From Candidatus Latescibacterota bacterium (GTDB lineage: Bacteria; Latescibacterota; UBA2968; UBA8231), in assembly GCA_965242865.1 (NCBI GenBank), contig CBDETK010000013.1, forward strand, positions 2,016,001 through 2,080,000: DNA of 64,000 nucleotides, read 5' to 3'. Shown here one piece after another: positions 37,961 to 47,213 of the stretch; within the stretch, counting starts at the first letter, position 1, and every line of letters begins with the position of its first letter. Under the pieces are notes generated by a model, which worked only from the letters and a program-made list of their open reading frames with translations, ran no database searches and had not been told where the DNA came from. The position numbers and the translations under genes are program-made.

Positions 37961-40900
37961 TTAGCGGCCGCCCTTTGAGTCAAACAACTCGTGGTTTTTT
38001 GACTGCTTAGGCGGCTTGTGCATTTCGTCTGGGATGGCTGGCAGCTCGGTGGCTTGGAAGCAATCGCTGGCGACGACGGCGTCGAGTAGCCGCTGCTGTT
38101 CGGGATAGCCCTGCACGGTTGCGGCCAAAACCCAGAGCAATTCGAGTAACTCCGTGGTAAACTGGCTGGTCCAGCGCGTGGGGCGGACCGCGTCGAGGGG
38201 CGACGACTTTTTGCCGGCCCCTTGCTTCATGCGGTACTTGAGCCAAGACGGCACGACCTTGAGGCCCGAAACCTCAAATTCGTACACCGCCGGCCCAACG
38301 GGCGCGAACGCACCTGAGCCGAGGTGGAGCGTTTGGGTCGCTTCGTCGTACGCGAATGATTCGGGATAGCCCTCGGCGTCGCCTGGAACAGCTTTGGTGC
38401 ATTTGGCCGCACCGGGCGGAATGCGCCCGCGGGTCTGGCCTTGGGGAACAAAACGCTCGCCAAAGGTGTGTAGCCACAGCAGCCGCGCTCCTACCTTGCG
38501 GACCTGCTCGAACAGCGCCGCATCCTTGGTAATGGGTACGCACCGAGTGCGCGTTGCTAATTCTCGCTCAAAGCGCGCCGTGAAAGCGGGGTGCGCCAGC
38601 ACTCCGTACAGGTAGGCGAGGAAATGTTCGGGCGCGATGTTGCGTTGGTAGGCCGTGCCGAGGGTGTTGAGCAGGTCGGGCGCGATGTTCGCCTGAGAGG
38701 CGTCGGCCGTGCGGTAGAGGGGAATGGCGTCTTTGGCGCCCCGCCCCGAAAAGTGATGCAGATCGGGCAGTAAGGCGCAGGCGGTTGCCGCTGGCCCGCG
38801 GCCTAGGGGATCGTTCAGCAGCGTCGTCAAATACACCTGCCGCTCGCTGTGGACGCGCCACAGGTCGGGGCGTGGGCGGGACATCACGCGCCCGTCCGCG
38901 ATGATGGAATGGCGGTCAAAAGAGCGATACGCATAGCGTAGGACTTGGGGAACGGGCGCGTTATTTGGTAGTTCGGAAATCGGCGTTGAGTCGCTCGACC
39001 TCGTCAGGGCGATGCGATAGGTCCCATTGATGGTGCGGTCTCCGGTCTCGCGGAACGCCTCGGCGCGCTGGTTGGCACACAGCAGTCCGCGCCAGCGTCG
39101 TTTTAGCGTCTCCTCGTCCGGTGCGATCGGCCAAGTCCGCTTGAACTGCACCCCCGAATGCTGCCACGGCATGAGATCGGTCAGCAACGGCCAGCCAAAG
39201 TACGCTCCTTGGCCCACCGGACGGAATGGGGCCTGCCAGTCGTCTGAGCATGCCTGCCACGTTACGTCCTCAAAGCGTTCCATAGCGGCGAGCACGGTGA
39301 GTTTTTCCCGGCGCGTACCTTCGATGCGCGTGTAATGCACGGCGGCGGGTCGGTCCGGGTGCGCCTTTTTTGCGCGGAAGGCCACCGCAATGGCCACGGG
39401 CGTTTGAATCGCAAAGACATTGTCGTCTTGGCGCGTGCCGCGCCCCTCGCCGCCGAGGTCGAGAATCCAAACCTCGTCGCACTGCCGGCGGATGTGCTCG
39501 CGCATCCCACAAAAGGCGTCGCCGTCGAGATAACTCGACGCGGTGATAAAACTGACCACCCCCGGGCCGCGCACCGGGTCGTGCTCAAAGACTTTCCACA
39601 AGGCCCACCGCCAGAAATAGACGTAAAGGTTGTAGAGGTTTTTGAGGTGGACGCCGCGTCCAGCGGCGAGGACCGGGTCGAGAAAGGTGCGGAGGATGGC
39701 GTCTTCGCCCTTCCCGTTTTCGCCCCAGCGCACCCAAGAGCCGGTGCGATCGCCGTTGGTCGGCGTGGCCGCTTCGTGGCGGTCGTAGGGCGGGTTGCCG
39801 AGGCAGACGATGACCGGCACTTCGCTCTTGACTTTGAGTGCCTTGACCCGTTGGTCGGCGATGGGCCGCAGGAAGAACCCCAAGTTGGGCGGTTCAGCGT
39901 GGGGGCTTTCGAGCGTGTCGGTCAGATACACGTGCGGCCCGTCTGGGGGTAGCTGGGCACCGCGGTCGCGCAGGGCGCGGCTGACGCGCAGTTCGCTCAC
40001 GGCGTACGGGCCGACCATCCGCTCAAAGCCGTAGAGATTTTCAGCGAGGGTGCTGGCCTGACCGGGCACGGCCCCCGGCCCCTGCTCGGTTTCGATCCGG
40101 CCGAGGGCGTGTTCCACGACGCCGAGTAAATAGGTCCCGGTGCCGACCGCCGGATCGAGCGTGACGACGCCGGGATCGGCAAACCCGAGCGGCTTGTCGA
40201 GACAGCGCACGAGCAAGTCGTCGATGAGGCGCACTTGGGCGCGGACGACCTCCACCGGCGTGTAGTAAGCCCCGGCGTCTCGGCGTAGTTTGGGATCGTA
40301 CTCGGCGAGGAAGTCTTCGTAGAAATAGAGCCACGGATCTTCGGGGCCGGTGAGCAGGGCGGGCGGCACCACGGCCATGACGCGCAGCAGCAAGTTGAGG
40401 GAGGCGGTGAGGTCCGCACGGGCTTGGGGATCGGTCAGGATTTGCACGGCCCGCGACAGCAGGTTGTGCTGAGCGTTGAGGGCCTGCACCGCGCTTTCGA
40501 GCGCGAGCGGGTCCGCTCCTTCGCTGCGGCCTAGCAACAGGGCGAAAGCGACCGTCTGGGCGTAAGCGTCCGCGAATTGCGCGTCCGTGGCGTCTGGGAA
40601 CAGCAGGTGCCGCCAGTCGCCGGCCAGTTGCGCTAGGGGCGAATTGGGGGCTTTGAGCGCGTCCGTCACGTCGTCGCGCAACATGCGGCACAGGGGAGCC
40701 AGCAGCGCGGCAAAGCCCTTGAGGTGGATCGCGCCGCTGCGATTGACGGGGATGATGGGCTCCCACGCGAGAAAGTCGCGCAAGAGTGCTTCGAGCACAC
40801 GGGCGTCTGGGGGCGAGGCGGCTGCGCGGCCAGCGGCGACGACATCGCCCGACAGGCGGCACCCCCGCACCTGTTGGCCGCCGCGGTACAGCGCCCACTC

Positions 40901-41242
40901 GTTGCCGTCGGTGTAGAGGAGGTTGGGGATGGCCGAGAACCGCTTGAACTGCTCGCGGTTGCGGCCTCTGAACCGGGTGGAGGTCGCGCCGACGCCGGGC
41001 GCCTTGAGCTCGACGTAGCCAGCGAGCAGTTGATTGCGATGAATGGCGTAATCGGGACGACCGAGCCGGTCGGGCAGGGGCGTTTCCCCGGTGCAGACGA
41101 CCGCCCAGCCGAAAGCGCGGCCCACTTCGCCCATAAAGCTCTCAAACGGGCCGCGCACTTGGTCTTCTGGCGCACCAGCGACCGCTTGCGTCGTTTTGGC
41201 TTGCACTGCATCGGCAAAGCCTTGTAACGCCTCGTACAGCAC
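37961..41242 (-). CDS. Second single-chain type IIG/ISP-like RM enzyme
   Basis: PDY...GYVELK, GAYYTP, LDPAVGTGTY, GNPPY, YRSFD, FEVSGLKV..SWLKYR; start taken at GTG 41242. Confidence 0.85.
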   Translation of the reverse strand: MLYEALQGFADAVQAKTTQAVAGAPEDQVRGPFESFMGEVGRAFGWAVVCTGETPLPDRLGRPDYAIHRNQLLAGYVELKAPGVGATSTRFRGRNREQFKRFSAIPNLLYTDGNEWALYRGGQQVRGCRLSGDVVAAGRAAASPPDARVLEALLRDFLAWEPIIPVNRSGAIHLKGFAALLAPLCRMLRDDVTDALKAPNSPLAQLAGDWRHLLFPDATDAQFADAYAQTVAFALLLGRSEGADPLALESAVQALNAQHNLLSRAVQILTDPQARADLTASLNLLLRVMAVVPPALLTGPEDPWLYFYEDFLAEYDPKLRRDAGAYYTPVEVVRAQVRLIDDLLVRCLDKPLGFADPGVVTLDPAVGTGTYLLGVVEHALGRIETEQGPGAVPGQASTLAENLYGFERMVGPYAVSELRVSRALRDRGAQLPPDGPHVYLTDTLESPHAEPPNLGFFLRPIADQRVKALKVKSEVPVIVCLGNPPYDRHEAATPTNGDRTGSWVRWGENGKGEDAILRTFLDPVLAAGRGVHLKNLYNLYVYFWRWALWKVFEHDPVRGPGVVSFITASSYLDGDAFCGMREHIRRQCDEVWILDLGGEGRGTRQDDNVFAIQTPVAIAVAFRAKKAHPDRPAAVHYTRIEGTRREKLTVLAAMERFEDVTWQACSDDWQAPFRPVGQGAYFGWPLLTDLMPWQHSGVQFKRTWPIAPDEETLKRRWRGLLCANQRAEAFRETGDRTINGTYRIALTRSSDSTPISELPNNAPVPQVLRYAYRSFDRHSIIADGRVMSRPRPDLWRVHSERQVYLTTLLNDPLGRGPAATACALLPDLHHFSGRGAKDAIPLYRTADASQANIAPDLLNTLGTAYQRNIAPEHFLAYLYGVLAHPAFTARFERELATRTRCVPITKDAALFEQVRKVGARLLWLHTFGERFVPQGQTRGRIPPGAAKCTKAVPGDAEGYPESFAYDEATQTLHLGSGAFAPVGPAVYEFEVSGLKVVPSWLKYRMKQGAGKKSSPLDAVRPTRWTSQFTTELLELLWVLAATVQGYPEQQRLLDAVVASDCFQATELPAIPDEMHKPPKQSKNHELFDSKGGR

Positions 41243-41261
41243 GTTGCGATGGCCTTTCGCG

Positions 41262-42737
41262 CTACAAGCCCAGCCGCTCGTACTGGTCCGGCGGTGCTTC
41301 ACACGCTGCGAGCTGCGCGCGCAACAACCCCTGCATCCGCTGCTCCAGTGCCGCGTCGTCGAGTGGGGCCTCCTGTCGCGGGTCTTGCTCTAAGTCGAAG
41401 AGCAAGGTCCCGTACTCGTGCTGCTTGGTCCGCGTGTGTCCTTGCGTCCGCAGCAGCCGACAGCCCTTGCTGAAACCAAACGGCTCGGCGAGCTCCACAC
41501 CGGCAAATTCATCGACCGAGAACAAGTCGCGCATGTGCGTGGGCATGAGCGTGTAGTTGTACAGGGGTTGGTTGTCGGGGCGGGCGGGGGCGCGCATGTA
41601 CACGTAGCGGCCATCGGTGACGTTCACCTGTCCGCCGTGGTTGCCGAAAATCGCGGCCTCGCGCCCGGGGGCGTCGCTCGCGCAGACCGCGCGCAGGCTC
41701 TGGCCCAGCATGTCCGCGGTCGGTTCCAGCCCAAACAGGTCCAACAACGTCGGCCCCAAGTCGATGGACGGCTGCACCAAGCTCTGCCGCCGCTGCCCCG
41801 CTTGGCCGCAGCGCGGATCCCAGACGAAGAACGGCGTGTTGGACAGCTCGCGATACCAAGGCATCTGCACCTTGGCCCACAGGTCGTGCTCGCCGAGCAG
41901 GAAGCCGTGGTCGGTCCACACGATGAGCATGGTGTCGTCCCACAGCACCAGCCGATCCATTTCGTCGAGGATGTCGCCGAGGCGGGCGTCGCACATGCTC
42001 AGCAGCGATGCGTAGTGGCCCCGGCATTGCTCGACGAGCGCCTGCTCTTCGGTCACGGGGCCGTACGTCGGCCAGTCGAACAGCCGGGAGGAACGGTTCT
42101 TAAAAAGCTCCGGGTAGAGGTCTTGGTATGGACGCTGAGTGAAAAACGGCTCGTGCGGATCAAAGGTTTCGATCTGCAAAAACCAGTTGTCCTCCGAGTG
42201 GTTGCGGCGGATGAACTCGACGCCGGCCTTGAAGGTCTGGGTTTGGGGTTGGTCTTCCTCGCGGCGCATGTACTGCCGATTGACGCGATCTTGGCGATGC
42301 CAGAGGCTGCGTCCCGCATTGCCCCCGTGCGCCTCTACCGGCGGTGGGTCGGCCACCTGTCCGATCCACGGGTCGCCCTCTTGGCCGCGGAAGAACTGCC
42401 AAGTGCTGTACTGGGTGTGATAGGTGGCTCCACCGGCCTCCCAGTAGTGGTAGTGGTCGCTGATCAGGTGGGACGAGACGCCGGCGTCGCGCAGCATGCG
42501 CGGCGTGGAGTCGTCGAAAGGCTCCAGCGGCCCCCAAGAGCGGTGGAGAAAGTTGGGCCGCCCGGTGTGCAAATCGCGGCGGGCCGGCATGCACGGCATG
42601 GAGCAGACGTAGCTGGTGTCAAAGGTGAGCGCCCGCTCGGCGAGCCGCTGGAAATTGGGCGCGTGCGTCCAATCGCAGCCGTAGGGCGGCAATAGGTGCC
42701 GGTTGAGCGAGTCGAACATGACCATAATGGCCTTCAT
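41262..42737 (-). CDS. Sulfatase
   Basis: FDSLN, CMPARR (CxPxR), FDPHEP, TDHG.LLGEH, LFDL..DP. Confidence 0.9.
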   Translation of the reverse strand: MKAIMVMFDSLNRHLLPPYGCDWTHAPNFQRLAERALTFDTSYVCSMPCMPARRDLHTGRPNFLHRSWGPLEPFDDSTPRMLRDAGVSSHLISDHYHYWEAGGATYHTQYSTWQFFRGQEGDPWIGQVADPPPVEAHGGNAGRSLWHRQDRVNRQYMRREEDQPQTQTFKAGVEFIRRNHSEDNWFLQIETFDPHEPFFTQRPYQDLYPELFKNRSSRLFDWPTYGPVTEEQALVEQCRGHYASLLSMCDARLGDILDEMDRLVLWDDTMLIVWTDHGFLLGEHDLWAKVQMPWYRELSNTPFFVWDPRCGQAGQRRQSLVQPSIDLGPTLLDLFGLEPTADMLGQSLRAVCASDAPGREAAIFGNHGGQVNVTDGRYVYMRAPARPDNQPLYNYTLMPTHMRDLFSVDEFAGVELAEPFGFSKGCRLLRTQGHTRTKQHEYGTLLFDLEQDPRQEAPLDDAALEQRMQGLLRAQLAACEAPPDQYERLGL

Positions 42738-42782
42738 AGAAACCTCCGTTGGAAATGGCCGTTTGGCGGCAAACGTACTGCG

Positions 42783-42828
42783 CGACACCAACCCCCGCTT
42801 TCCAAGGATCGAGGGCATCTTGCCCTCG
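42783..42828. repeat. REP-like palindrome (paralog of 16296)
   Basis: cgagggca tct tgccctcg. Confidence 0.5.
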
Positions 42829-42914
42829 TCAAAGGTCGGCGCAAAGCAGGTGTCGCGTGCTTAGGGCGGCAAACAAAAATTGACCGTCGGCGCACCGTCG
42901 CGGCTACCGGCAGC

Positions 42915-43700
42915 CTATTCGCCCGCTCCGGTCAGGGTGCGAATGCGGTCGATGATGGCGTACACGGTCTCGGTGACGCCATTGAGCAGCGCGAAGCGGT
43001 CGTCCATCTCCACCCGCGCCCCCTCGTAGCGGTATTCTACCGCATAGCTGGTCAGCCACGTCAATTGTTCGCTGGCGGACGTGTCCTCCTCTTGGGGATG
43101 CTGGCGGATGATGGCGATCAACTTGCCCAAGTGGTGGATGTTCTGGTAGTCGGCGTCGAGCGCGGAAATCCAGCCCTTGAGCGCGTTCTCAATCGCCTGC
43201 TGCGCGTGGAAGCCGATGGCTTCTTGATCGGCGCTTCCTTCAATTAGGATGTTCAGGACGCGCAGCTCGCGCTCGGCGTTGGCAATGCGCTGTCGTATGT
43301 CGGGCCAATTCGTCGGCTGTGGGTTGTCGTAGCTCACTTTGTCTCCATTCGCGTCAAAGCCGTCGCGCACGGCTTGCCCGGCCACGTGATTGCGCGCCCG
43401 GCGGCCATCGTGAAAAGCATCCTCGCTCAGGTGAACCAAATCAACGCCCATCGGCTCGCCGTACACTTCCTCGACCGTGCGGTGGGCAGCCGCGCTGGTG
43501 CGCTGATAAGTCTGCCGGTCTAACGGACCGGGGCCGGTGACGATCAGCAGGTCGATGTCCGAGTCCGGGCGAAAGTCGCCCCGGGCGCGGGAACCGAACA
43601 GGATCACTCGATCGGGATGAACCGTCGCCTCAACGGCGCGGGCGACCGCGCAGGCGCGCGGATCGGGAGGCTGATAAAGTTGGGAAACTGCCATGGTCAA
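42915..43700 (-). CDS. MNT nucleotidyltransferase-HEPN fusion, copy C
   Basis: ILFGSRARGD...DSDIDL; FHAQQAIENALKG, NIHHL, YRY. Confidence 0.85.
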   Translation of the reverse strand: MTMAVSQLYQPPDPRACAVARAVEATVHPDRVILFGSRARGDFRPDSDIDLLIVTGPGPLDRQTYQRTSAAAHRTVEEVYGEPMGVDLVHLSEDAFHDGRRARNHVAGQAVRDGFDANGDKVSYDNPQPTNWPDIRQRIANAERELRVLNILIEGSADQEAIGFHAQQAIENALKGWISALDADYQNIHHLGKLIAIIRQHPQEEDTSASEQLTWLTSYAVEYRYEGARVEMDDRFALLNGVTETVYAIIDRIRTLTGAGE

Positions 43701-43742
43701 CCGTCCTTGCGGTGCGGAATCACTCGTCGCTGACGACACCTG

Positions 43743-44531
43743 CTATTCACTCGTTCCGGTCAGCGTCTGAATACGGGCGATGATAGCCTGCACGGTCTCG
43801 GTGACGCCGGCGAGCAGGGCGAAGCGGTCGTCCATCTGCACCTGTACCCCTTCGTAGCGGTATTCTACCGCATAGCTCGTCAGCCACGTCAGTTGTTCGC
43901 TGGCGGACGTGTCCTCCTCTTGGGGATGCCGGCGGATGATGGCGATCAACTTGCCCAAGTCGTGGATGTTCTGGTAGTCGGCGTCGAGCGCGGAAATCCA
44001 GCCCTTGAGCGCGTTCTCTATCGCCTGCTGCGCGGTAAATCCGATAATTTCTTGAGAAGAACGGGGATTCTCAACGAGAACCTCCATGTCGGCGAGGTTG
44101 CGCTCGGCGTTGGCAATGCGCTGTCGTATGTCGGGCCAATTCGTCGGCTGTGGGTTGTCGTAGCTCACTTTGTCTCCATTGGCGTCAAAGCCGTCGCGCA
44201 CGGCTTGCCCGGCCACGTGATTGCGCGCCCGGCGACCATCGTGAAAGGCGTCCTCGCTCAGGTGAACCAAATCGACGCCCATCGGCTGGCCGTACACTTC
44301 CTCGACCGTGCGGTGGGCAGCCGCGCTGGTGCGCTGGTACGCTCGCCGATCGACCGGACCGGGGCCGGTGACGATCAGCAGGTCGATGTCCGAGTCCGGG
44401 CGAAAGTCGCCTCGGGCTCGGGAGCCGAACAGGATGACCCGATTGGGATGAACCGTCGCCTCAACGGCGCGGGCGACCATGCAAGCGCGCGGGTCGGGAG
44501 GCTGATAAAGTCGGGGGACTGCCATGGTCAA
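43743..44531 (-). CDS. MNT-HEPN fusion, copy B
   Basis: Same motifs; tandem unit of about 830 bp. Confidence 0.85.
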   Translation of the reverse strand: MTMAVPRLYQPPDPRACMVARAVEATVHPNRVILFGSRARGDFRPDSDIDLLIVTGPGPVDRRAYQRTSAAAHRTVEEVYGQPMGVDLVHLSEDAFHDGRRARNHVAGQAVRDGFDANGDKVSYDNPQPTNWPDIRQRIANAERNLADMEVLVENPRSSQEIIGFTAQQAIENALKGWISALDADYQNIHDLGKLIAIIRRHPQEEDTSASEQLTWLTSYAVEYRYEGVQVQMDDRFALLAGVTETVQAIIARIQTLTGTSE

Positions 44532-44573
44532 CCGTCCTTGCGGTGCGGAATCGCTCGTCGCTGACGACGCCTG

Positions 44574-45338
44574 CTATGCACCCGTTCCGGTCAGCGTCTG
44601 AATGCGGGCGATGATAGCCTGCACGGTCTTGGTGACGCCGGCGAGCAGCGCGAAGCGGTCGTCCATCTCCACCCGCGCCCCTTCATAGCGGTATCTTACC
44701 GCATAGCTGGTCAGCCACGTCAGTTGTTCGCCGGCGGACGTGTCGTTCTCTTGGGGATGCCGGCGGACGATGGCGATTAAATCGGCCAAGTCGTGGGTGT
44801 TCCGATAGTCGGCGTCGAGGGCGGAAATCCACCCCTTGAGCGCGTTCTCAATCGCCTGCTGCGCGTGGAAGCCGATGGCTTCTTGGGAGCCATTTATTTC
44901 GATCAGCTTTTCCAAATCAGAGAGTTCGCGCTCGGCGTTGGCAATGCGCTGTCGTATGTCGGGCCAATTGGTCGGCGTTGGGTTGTCGTAGCTCACTTTG
45001 TCTCCATTGGCGTCAAAGCCATCGCGCACCGCTTGCCCGGCCACGTGATTGCGCGCTCGGCGGCCATCGTGAAAGGCATCCTCGCTCAGGTGAACCAAAT
45101 CGACGCCCATCGGCTGGCCGTACACTTCCTCGACCGTGCGGTGGGCCGCCGCGCTGGTGCGCTGATAAGCCTGCCGGTCTAACGGACCGGGGCCGGTGAC
45201 GATCAGCAGGTCGATGTCCGAGTCCGGGCGAAAGTCGCCTCGGGCGCGCGAGCCGAACAGGATCACCCGATCGGGGTGAACCGTCGCCTCAACGGCGCGG
45301 GCGACCACGCAGGCGCGCGGATCGGCTGCCATGGTCAT
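44574..45338 (-). CDS. MNT-HEPN fusion, copy A
   Basis: Same motifs, NTHDL. Confidence 0.85.
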   Translation of the reverse strand: MTMAADPRACVVARAVEATVHPDRVILFGSRARGDFRPDSDIDLLIVTGPGPLDRQAYQRTSAAAHRTVEEVYGQPMGVDLVHLSEDAFHDGRRARNHVAGQAVRDGFDANGDKVSYDNPTPTNWPDIRQRIANAERELSDLEKLIEINGSQEAIGFHAQQAIENALKGWISALDADYRNTHDLADLIAIVRRHPQENDTSAGEQLTWLTSYAVRYRYEGARVEMDDRFALLAGVTKTVQAIIARIQTLTGTGA

Positions 45339-45341
45339 AGC

Positions 45342-46397
45342 TTACGCGCCCACTTCTTCGAGCAACTGGACGGCCTGCTGGCCGCGCTCGGACTCGGGGT
45401 CGCGTCGCGCAATGCGCCGCAACTGGTATAAGGCCCGCTCGTCGCCATCCAGTGCGAGGGATAGGGCCTCGGCAAACCCTTGATCTCCCCAGCGGGACAA
45501 CTGCGGCACCACGTGCAGGTCTAGGTCTTGCCAATAGTACTGTAGGGCACTGCTTTGCCAGCCGGCGTAGCAGGCTTCCCAGTTGAAGCCGGTGACGCCC
45601 GTCAGGTGTGGATCTAGCATGTGCCGCGCAATCGGCTCGTCCCGCGCTTGATAGCGGTTGTCGAGCGAAATCCGCAGGCGGTCTTCCGTGTAATTGGGCA
45701 GGGCTTGATGGACGGTCAGGCTCGGAAAGATCAGCGCGTCCCCGGCTTCGTAATGCGCGCTGAGCCAACGCCCGGTCAGCGCGGCTTCATCGACAGCCAA
45801 GCCGCCGGCCCCTAACGAGAAGTGGTGCTCCCGCACCTTGCCGATTTTGTGCGACCCGGGCAACACGGCCAATCCCCCCAACTCCAGCGGACAGTCGCCC
45901 ACGGGCGCCCAGAACGTATAGGTGTTGAAACTGCCTTGGAAGTGGACGAAGTCTTGGTGCATGGGCGTGGTGTGCTCGGTGTATTGGGGAAACCACAACC
46001 GGGCGATTTTCTGGGGATGCGGCAGCACCGGGCCACCGACGACTTGCTCCATCACGGCCAAGACTTCCGGCCAATGCCCGGCTTGGTGGAAGGCCTCCAA
46101 GCGGTACACCCGGTGATAGACTTCGGCGTATTCGGGATCGCCCTCGGTACACTGGGCGTTGAGCCGCGCAATGCCGTCTAGGGGATCCGTGCCGGCGACC
46201 AACCACCCGGCCTCCAGCAACACCTCGGCCATCTCCTGCCGCAGGGCCAACAGCTTGTCTTTGGCCATAATCTGCCGCAAAAAGAGATAGCCTTGTTCGT
46301 CGAGGCGTCGCCGCAGCTCGGCCCCATCCCCGAGGGCATCATTGGCCTCTTGCAGCCGGCCGATTTCGCTGGCGTCCTTTGCGGTCATTGGACTCAT
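45342..46397 (-). CDS. Phytanoyl-CoA dioxygenase (PhyH) family
   Basis: GYLFLR, TPMHQD, W.P.GD, PGSH, GD.LIF....VH, R.S.D.RY. Confidence 0.85.
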   Translation of the reverse strand: MSPMTAKDASEIGRLQEANDALGDGAELRRRLDEQGYLFLRQIMAKDKLLALRQEMAEVLLEAGWLVAGTDPLDGIARLNAQCTEGDPEYAEVYHRVYRLEAFHQAGHWPEVLAVMEQVVGGPVLPHPQKIARLWFPQYTEHTTPMHQDFVHFQGSFNTYTFWAPVGDCPLELGGLAVLPGSHKIGKVREHHFSLGAGGLAVDEAALTGRWLSAHYEAGDALIFPSLTVHQALPNYTEDRLRISLDNRYQARDEPIARHMLDPHLTGVTGFNWEACYAGWQSSALQYYWQDLDLHVVPQLSRWGDQGFAEALSLALDGDERALYQLRRIARRDPESERGQQAVQLLEEVGA

Positions 46398-46398
46398 C

Positions 46399-47211
46399 CT
46401 AACTCGCGGCTGGCTCGGCGTCGTTTTCCCGAAACCCAGCCACGACGATGTTATTGTTGCGGTCCAGCGCGTTGGCTGGGTCGATGCGATGCGGATCGTC
46501 CGTAGCGCGTCCCACCGGCCGCAGGGCCGTGCTGTGATAGCCAAAGCGCACGGACTTGCGCCAAGCGTCCGTGCGGTTGCAATCCGACCAGTGGATCGTC
46601 TGGTAGCTGAAGAAGACCATGTCGCCGCGCTGCGCCGGCACGGCGACGCTGTCGAGCCGGTCGGGATGGTACTGGGCCGGGGGCAGGTGCGGCGCGGTAT
46701 CCGGCCCCAGCACGTGCTCTAGAGGCCCCTGTTTGTGACTGCCCGGCACGACCATCAGTGCCCCGCTCTCTAGTGGGGTGTCGTCCAAGTGCAACAAGCA
46801 GTCCACGAAATCCGGGCCGTCGTGCGGGTAGAACGGATAATCTTGGTGCATGGGAAAGGGCGTTCCCTTCTCCGGCGGCTTGGCGTGCAAGACCGTGTGG
46901 TGCCACTGCACCGGGCCGTCGATGAGCTGCTGGACGCAGGCGATCATGGCCTCGTGGAAAATGACTCGACCCCAAGCGGCCGAGTAAAAATGCGGATTGT
47001 GCATAAAGACTGCCCGCGTGTTGAGCCGCTCTTCTTCGTCGAGGTAGCGGTCGCGCCACGGGCCGACCCAGCCGATGGACTCCTGCCCCCACTGCTCGAT
47101 CACCCGCACCATCTCCGAGGCCAACTCGGCGGTCTCTGCGGGCGCGAAGAGCTGGGCCACCTTGAGATAGCCTTGCTCGCGGTAGTGCGCTACTTGTTCC
47201 TTGCTTAGCAT
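46399..47211 (-). CDS. Phytanoyl-CoA dioxygenase (PhyH) family
   Basis: QVAHYREQGY, KPP..G..FPMHQD, LDD....G...VPGSH, GD.VFF....IH.S..N. Confidence 0.85.
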   Translation of the reverse strand: MLSKEQVAHYREQGYLKVAQLFAPAETAELASEMVRVIEQWGQESIGWVGPWRDRYLDEEERLNTRAVFMHNPHFYSAAWGRVIFHEAMIACVQQLIDGPVQWHHTVLHAKPPEKGTPFPMHQDYPFYPHDGPDFVDCLLHLDDTPLESGALMVVPGSHKQGPLEHVLGPDTAPHLPPAQYHPDRLDSVAVPAQRGDMVFFSYQTIHWSDCNRTDAWRKSVRFGYHSTALRPVGRATDDPHRIDPANALDRNNNIVVAGFRENDAEPAAS

Positions 47212-47213
47212 GT

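Noticed and set aside
41418-42695. Long antisense and alternative-frame ORFs (e.g. 41418-42695, 14267-15214, 33862-34893, 17541-18359)
   Set aside because: Shadow ORFs of GC-rich genes with clear motifs on the other strand or frame; no motifs of their own.
42915-45338. Diversity-generating retroelement acting on the HEPN patches
   Set aside because: No reverse transcriptase in the window; differences involve all bases and an indel, not adenine-specific changes.
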